Below, piece after piece: positions 61,340-64,000 of a stretch of DNA of 64,000 bases. The stretch comes from Cyanophora paradoxa CCMP329 (taxonomy: Eukaryota > Plantae > Glaucophyta), in the NCBI GenBank assembly GCA_004431415.1, contig QPMI01000590.1:83306-147305 (forward strand), in the 5' to 3' direction. Position numbers and translations under genes: made by a program. Every line of letters starts with the position of its first letter. The first letter of the stretch is position 1. A model generated the notes under the pieces. It was not told the origin of the DNA and searched no databases. It saw only the letters and a program-made list of their open reading frames with translations.

Positions 61340-61442
61340 GTGTGACAGGTGTGACAGGTCTATCCCAAGGAAAGCCCTGGTGAAAAGTTGATTTTCAAAA
61401 TCGATGGATAGACCTGTCACACCTGTCACACCTGTCACACCT
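61340..61442. repeat. Inverted 9-mer iteron-like module directly downstream of the primase-helicase
   Basis: 2x GTGTGACAG + GTCTATCC ... GGATAGAC + 3x CTGTCACAC. Confidence 0.85.
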
Positions 61443-61507
61443 ATCGAAAAAGACCAAAATTTGACAAGAATACTTAAGGCTTACTTGATTGTGTATAGTG
61501 AAGACAA

Positions 61508-61729
61508 ATGGCAAAAACTCTTGATGAAATGACCATGACTGAGTTAGATAAATGCATTAAGCATGGAGATATTGGAGCATATATCGAAATGTCACAGAGA
61601 TTGATAGGTTACAATATGTATGCAGCGAAACCAAAGAGAAATAGATCAGTTAACATTCACATAACTGTTTCAGTGTCAGAGAATGCAAACAAAAAATTAC
61701 AAAAGCAAATTTACAAAACTTATCTGTGA
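61508..61729 (+). CDS. Hypothetical viral protein (73 aa)
   Basis: ATG ORF preceded by an ACTTAAG motif; no recognisable domain. Confidence 0.45.
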   Translation: MAKTLDEMTMTELDKCIKHGDIGAYIEMSQRLIGYNMYAAKPKRNRSVNIHITVSVSENANKKLQKQIYKTYL

Positions 61730-62058
61730 CTTGATTGCAAGTATAAAGCCAATTCCTTGTATATATTTTTATAACTGCCTCAGTGGCATACTGAGACCGC
61801 TTTTTCTCAATTATCTTATAGACCTGGGGTCCATTGCTACTATCAGTGGGCAAATAATATTTAATCGGTCTCCCTCTAGGTCTCTGCTCCTCTTTTTGGG
61901 CTTTTCTTCGATAATAGGATGCCAAAGCTTGTTGTTTCTTATACTCTCTATATTCTGGGTCCTCTCTATATCGTTTCTGCTTTGCCAGTATGTGTCTAAT
62001 ACACCCTCAGTTAAAGGCTCATCATGGTAAACTCGATTAAACTAATTGTATCCTCCAT
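61650..62058 (-). CDS. Small basic AT-hook protein (frameshifted N-terminus)
   Basis: RYREDPEYREYKKQQALASYYRRK followed by an RPRGRP AT-hook. Confidence 0.55.
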
Positions 62059-62331
62059 TAATATTTGCAGAGAAAACGTTTTCACCAGGTAAAGAACTTC
62101 TCCTGGATACTCCTGTTGCTCATATGTATACTCTGTGGGTCTGCTGCATTGACTCCACAGACACTGTTGATCTTCTTCTCTCTCTTGCTTCTGAGGCATT
62201 ATCCTCATTATCTGACATCTCAAACTCTATTGTTGTGTCACAGCATCCACTGTGGCAATTGCTGACCACATGCAGACTGAGCATCTCAATAAACTTTCGT
62301 ATTATCCATGTCTCTAATAAAACAGAGAAAA

Positions 62332-63064
62332 TTAAAGCCAAACTCGTCTTTTATATACTGTTGGGGCTACTCCCTTTTCTACTTCAGCTTTGGTGGCACC
62401 AGGTTCAATAGTTCCCTTCTGGGTCTTTGTTTTCATTTCATCTACTGCCTGCTCATCAATTTGGTTCTCTTTCTTAGCAATAAACTGTTTATCTGGGACA
62501 CCAGTGATACCCATTTTGAATACTTCCTTTCGAAGCATCTCCTTTAGCTTGGCTCTCTCTTTCTTCTCAGTAACATACTGCTCCAAGGCACTTGATTTGG
62601 CTTCCAGATCTTTGAGTTTAGCAGTCATCTCATCCCATTGAGCTTTGGGAATTCGATGAATATTTTGAGTGGGAGCAGTCTTATATGTGACTTCACCAGC
62701 CATAGACTGATTACCTGTCTGATTCCTTACTAAGACCTTCACCTTTGCGAGCCAGTGAAAGATCTTGCAAGCCTAGACCTTTATCATCAGCAGCACCAAT
62801 AATTCGCCTGGCACCCTCAGCAACAGACTTCATCTTTGCTGTCTCAGGTGAGATGTTGAGTTGGTCAGCAGTTGAACTTTGTGGGGCTTTGTCATCAACT
62901 GATTCCTCATAAGCTGCATTGAGGGGGTCTTCTTGGGGTTGTGAGGGCTTGATTTCGTTCATACCATTGAATTTCATTGGTTCAGTATTAATGGATCCAT
63001 TGTTTCCACCACCTGAATAGCCAACAGCCCCAGCTGGGATCCCTATCTTTCGTTTGGGAGGCAT
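62332..63064 (-). CDS. Hypothetical viral protein(s): ORFs 62711-63064 and 62332-62742, possibly one frameshifted gene
   Basis: Overlapping ORFs; MPPKRK (NLS-like) start; coiled-coil second half. Confidence 0.55.
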
Positions 63065-63175
63065 TGTATCTTTATTAGAATGAGAGATAATTTTATAAAC
63101 CGCGTTTATATCGCATCAATTTATTGCTATGGACTTGGCTTTTCACTTCTTTTGGGCTTCCTCTTTCTCTGTGGT

Positions 63176-63849
63176 TCAGTTCATCTTCTTTCTTTTTGGC
63201 TTTCTGTGGAAGCGAGGAAAATCGAAATCACCAATAAATCGCTTTATCACATAGTTAGCCCACATTATATTGAAAGATGTATAAACAAGGAATGATAGGA
63301 TGGACATACTCTCAAAAGTTATAGAAGTCTCTTTTCGAGGAAAGTCGAAAACTCTCTGCAAATGCTTCCAGCTCTTTTGATGCTTGCACAAACATAATTA
63401 CTATATCACTATTGCAGCGAATACACTTGCAACCTTTCGTAATTTCTGAGAGATAGTTATAATGATATATTCACATGTCTGCCACGAACATAAAGCATTC
63501 AACTGTTTTATCTCGACTGAGATCCAGCTGGTCATTTCTATCATATCCTCTAAAATCACCACATATGGTTAAGTTCTTCTCCTTCTCCCTCTTGCCTCCT
63601 CTCTTTAAATAATTTGACATGTATGGGGATCCATGCACCCAGTTGAACTGTAGCAGCTTTGTCCCAAAATGAAAATGAGGTAGCGATATAATAAGTGTGT
63701 ATCAATCTTTTGCATCATGCAGCTGTTTCAAATAATATTTTACAGCTTCAGTCTTCCCACATCCGATTTCCCAAGTATGAGTAGTCGGAAAGGGGCTTCT
63801 ATCATTTCACCAGCCACAAATTCCTCCAGTTCAGAACTTGTATAGGCAT
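63176..63849 (-). CDS. A32-like genome-packaging ATPase, multiply frameshifted (mostly absent from the ORF track)
   Basis: Reading across 1-nt gaps gives PFRLLILGKS(G)CGKT (Walker A), PYVVILEDM (Walker B), VRGRHVNIS..ISQ and RCNSDIVIMF. Confidence 0.8.
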
Positions 63850-64000
63850 TGTTGTAGATCTTCTAATAAAGACAGATAAAAATAACTGGGAGACTGAAAA
63901 TGTCTATAAATTGATTCTACGAAGCCTGAACCGTCCACAATGAGGAAACTGCATGAGAGCGCGAACATTAACATCGATTACCTTATCTGAAGGCATGTAG

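Larger units (their letters stand above)
50812..64000. mobile_element. Endogenous Polinton/Maverick-like DNA virus (left part; continues beyond window)
   Basis: Abrupt switch from GC-rich to AT-rich DNA; intronless rve integrase, pPolB, prim-pol/D5 helicase and A32 ATPase. The putative left end AGTAG at 50812 resembles Polinton AG(T) termini. Exact boundary is uncertain (50812-50819). Confidence 0.92.

Noticed and set aside
50812-64000. Naming the element as mavirus/EMALE, or naming the host species
   Set aside because: Capsid genes are not in the window and the pPolB looks Polinton-type. The host cannot be identified from sequence alone; a glaucophyte-like alga is only a guess from the FtsH leader.

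Overview
Eukaryotic nuclear DNA from a very GC-rich protist, probably plastid-bearing (inferred from a transit-peptide-like FtsH leader). Its genes have many short introns, often with GC donors. In order: (1) the right part of a tyrosine-recombinase retrotransposon with split direct repeats (1-3423); (2) a multi-exon TPR-like gene; (3) a ~149-bp-period satellite block; (4) RPL27, an FtsH protease, and a large gene apparently fusing an ISWI-type SNF2 ATPase to RCC1 repeats and a PHD finger; (5) a 12.3-kb Ty3/gypsy-derived LTR element with a 5-bp TSD, LTRs without substitutions and a scrambled interior; (6) two tandem copies of an intron-containing, bacterial-type DUF4832-like glycoside hydrolase gene; (7) an AT-rich endogenous Polinton/Maverick-like virus inserted in the second copy and running off the window (rve integrase, protein-primed PolB, prim-pol/D5 helicase, A32 ATPase, iteron-like inverted repeats, a tRNA-like element). 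The strongest unexplained signal is a recurrent mutation, X -> X.revcomp(X).X with X = 2-3 bp. It is visible in six independent paralog alignments and appears to saturate old non-coding and TE DNA with short palindromes. All alignments and motif calls were made by eye.
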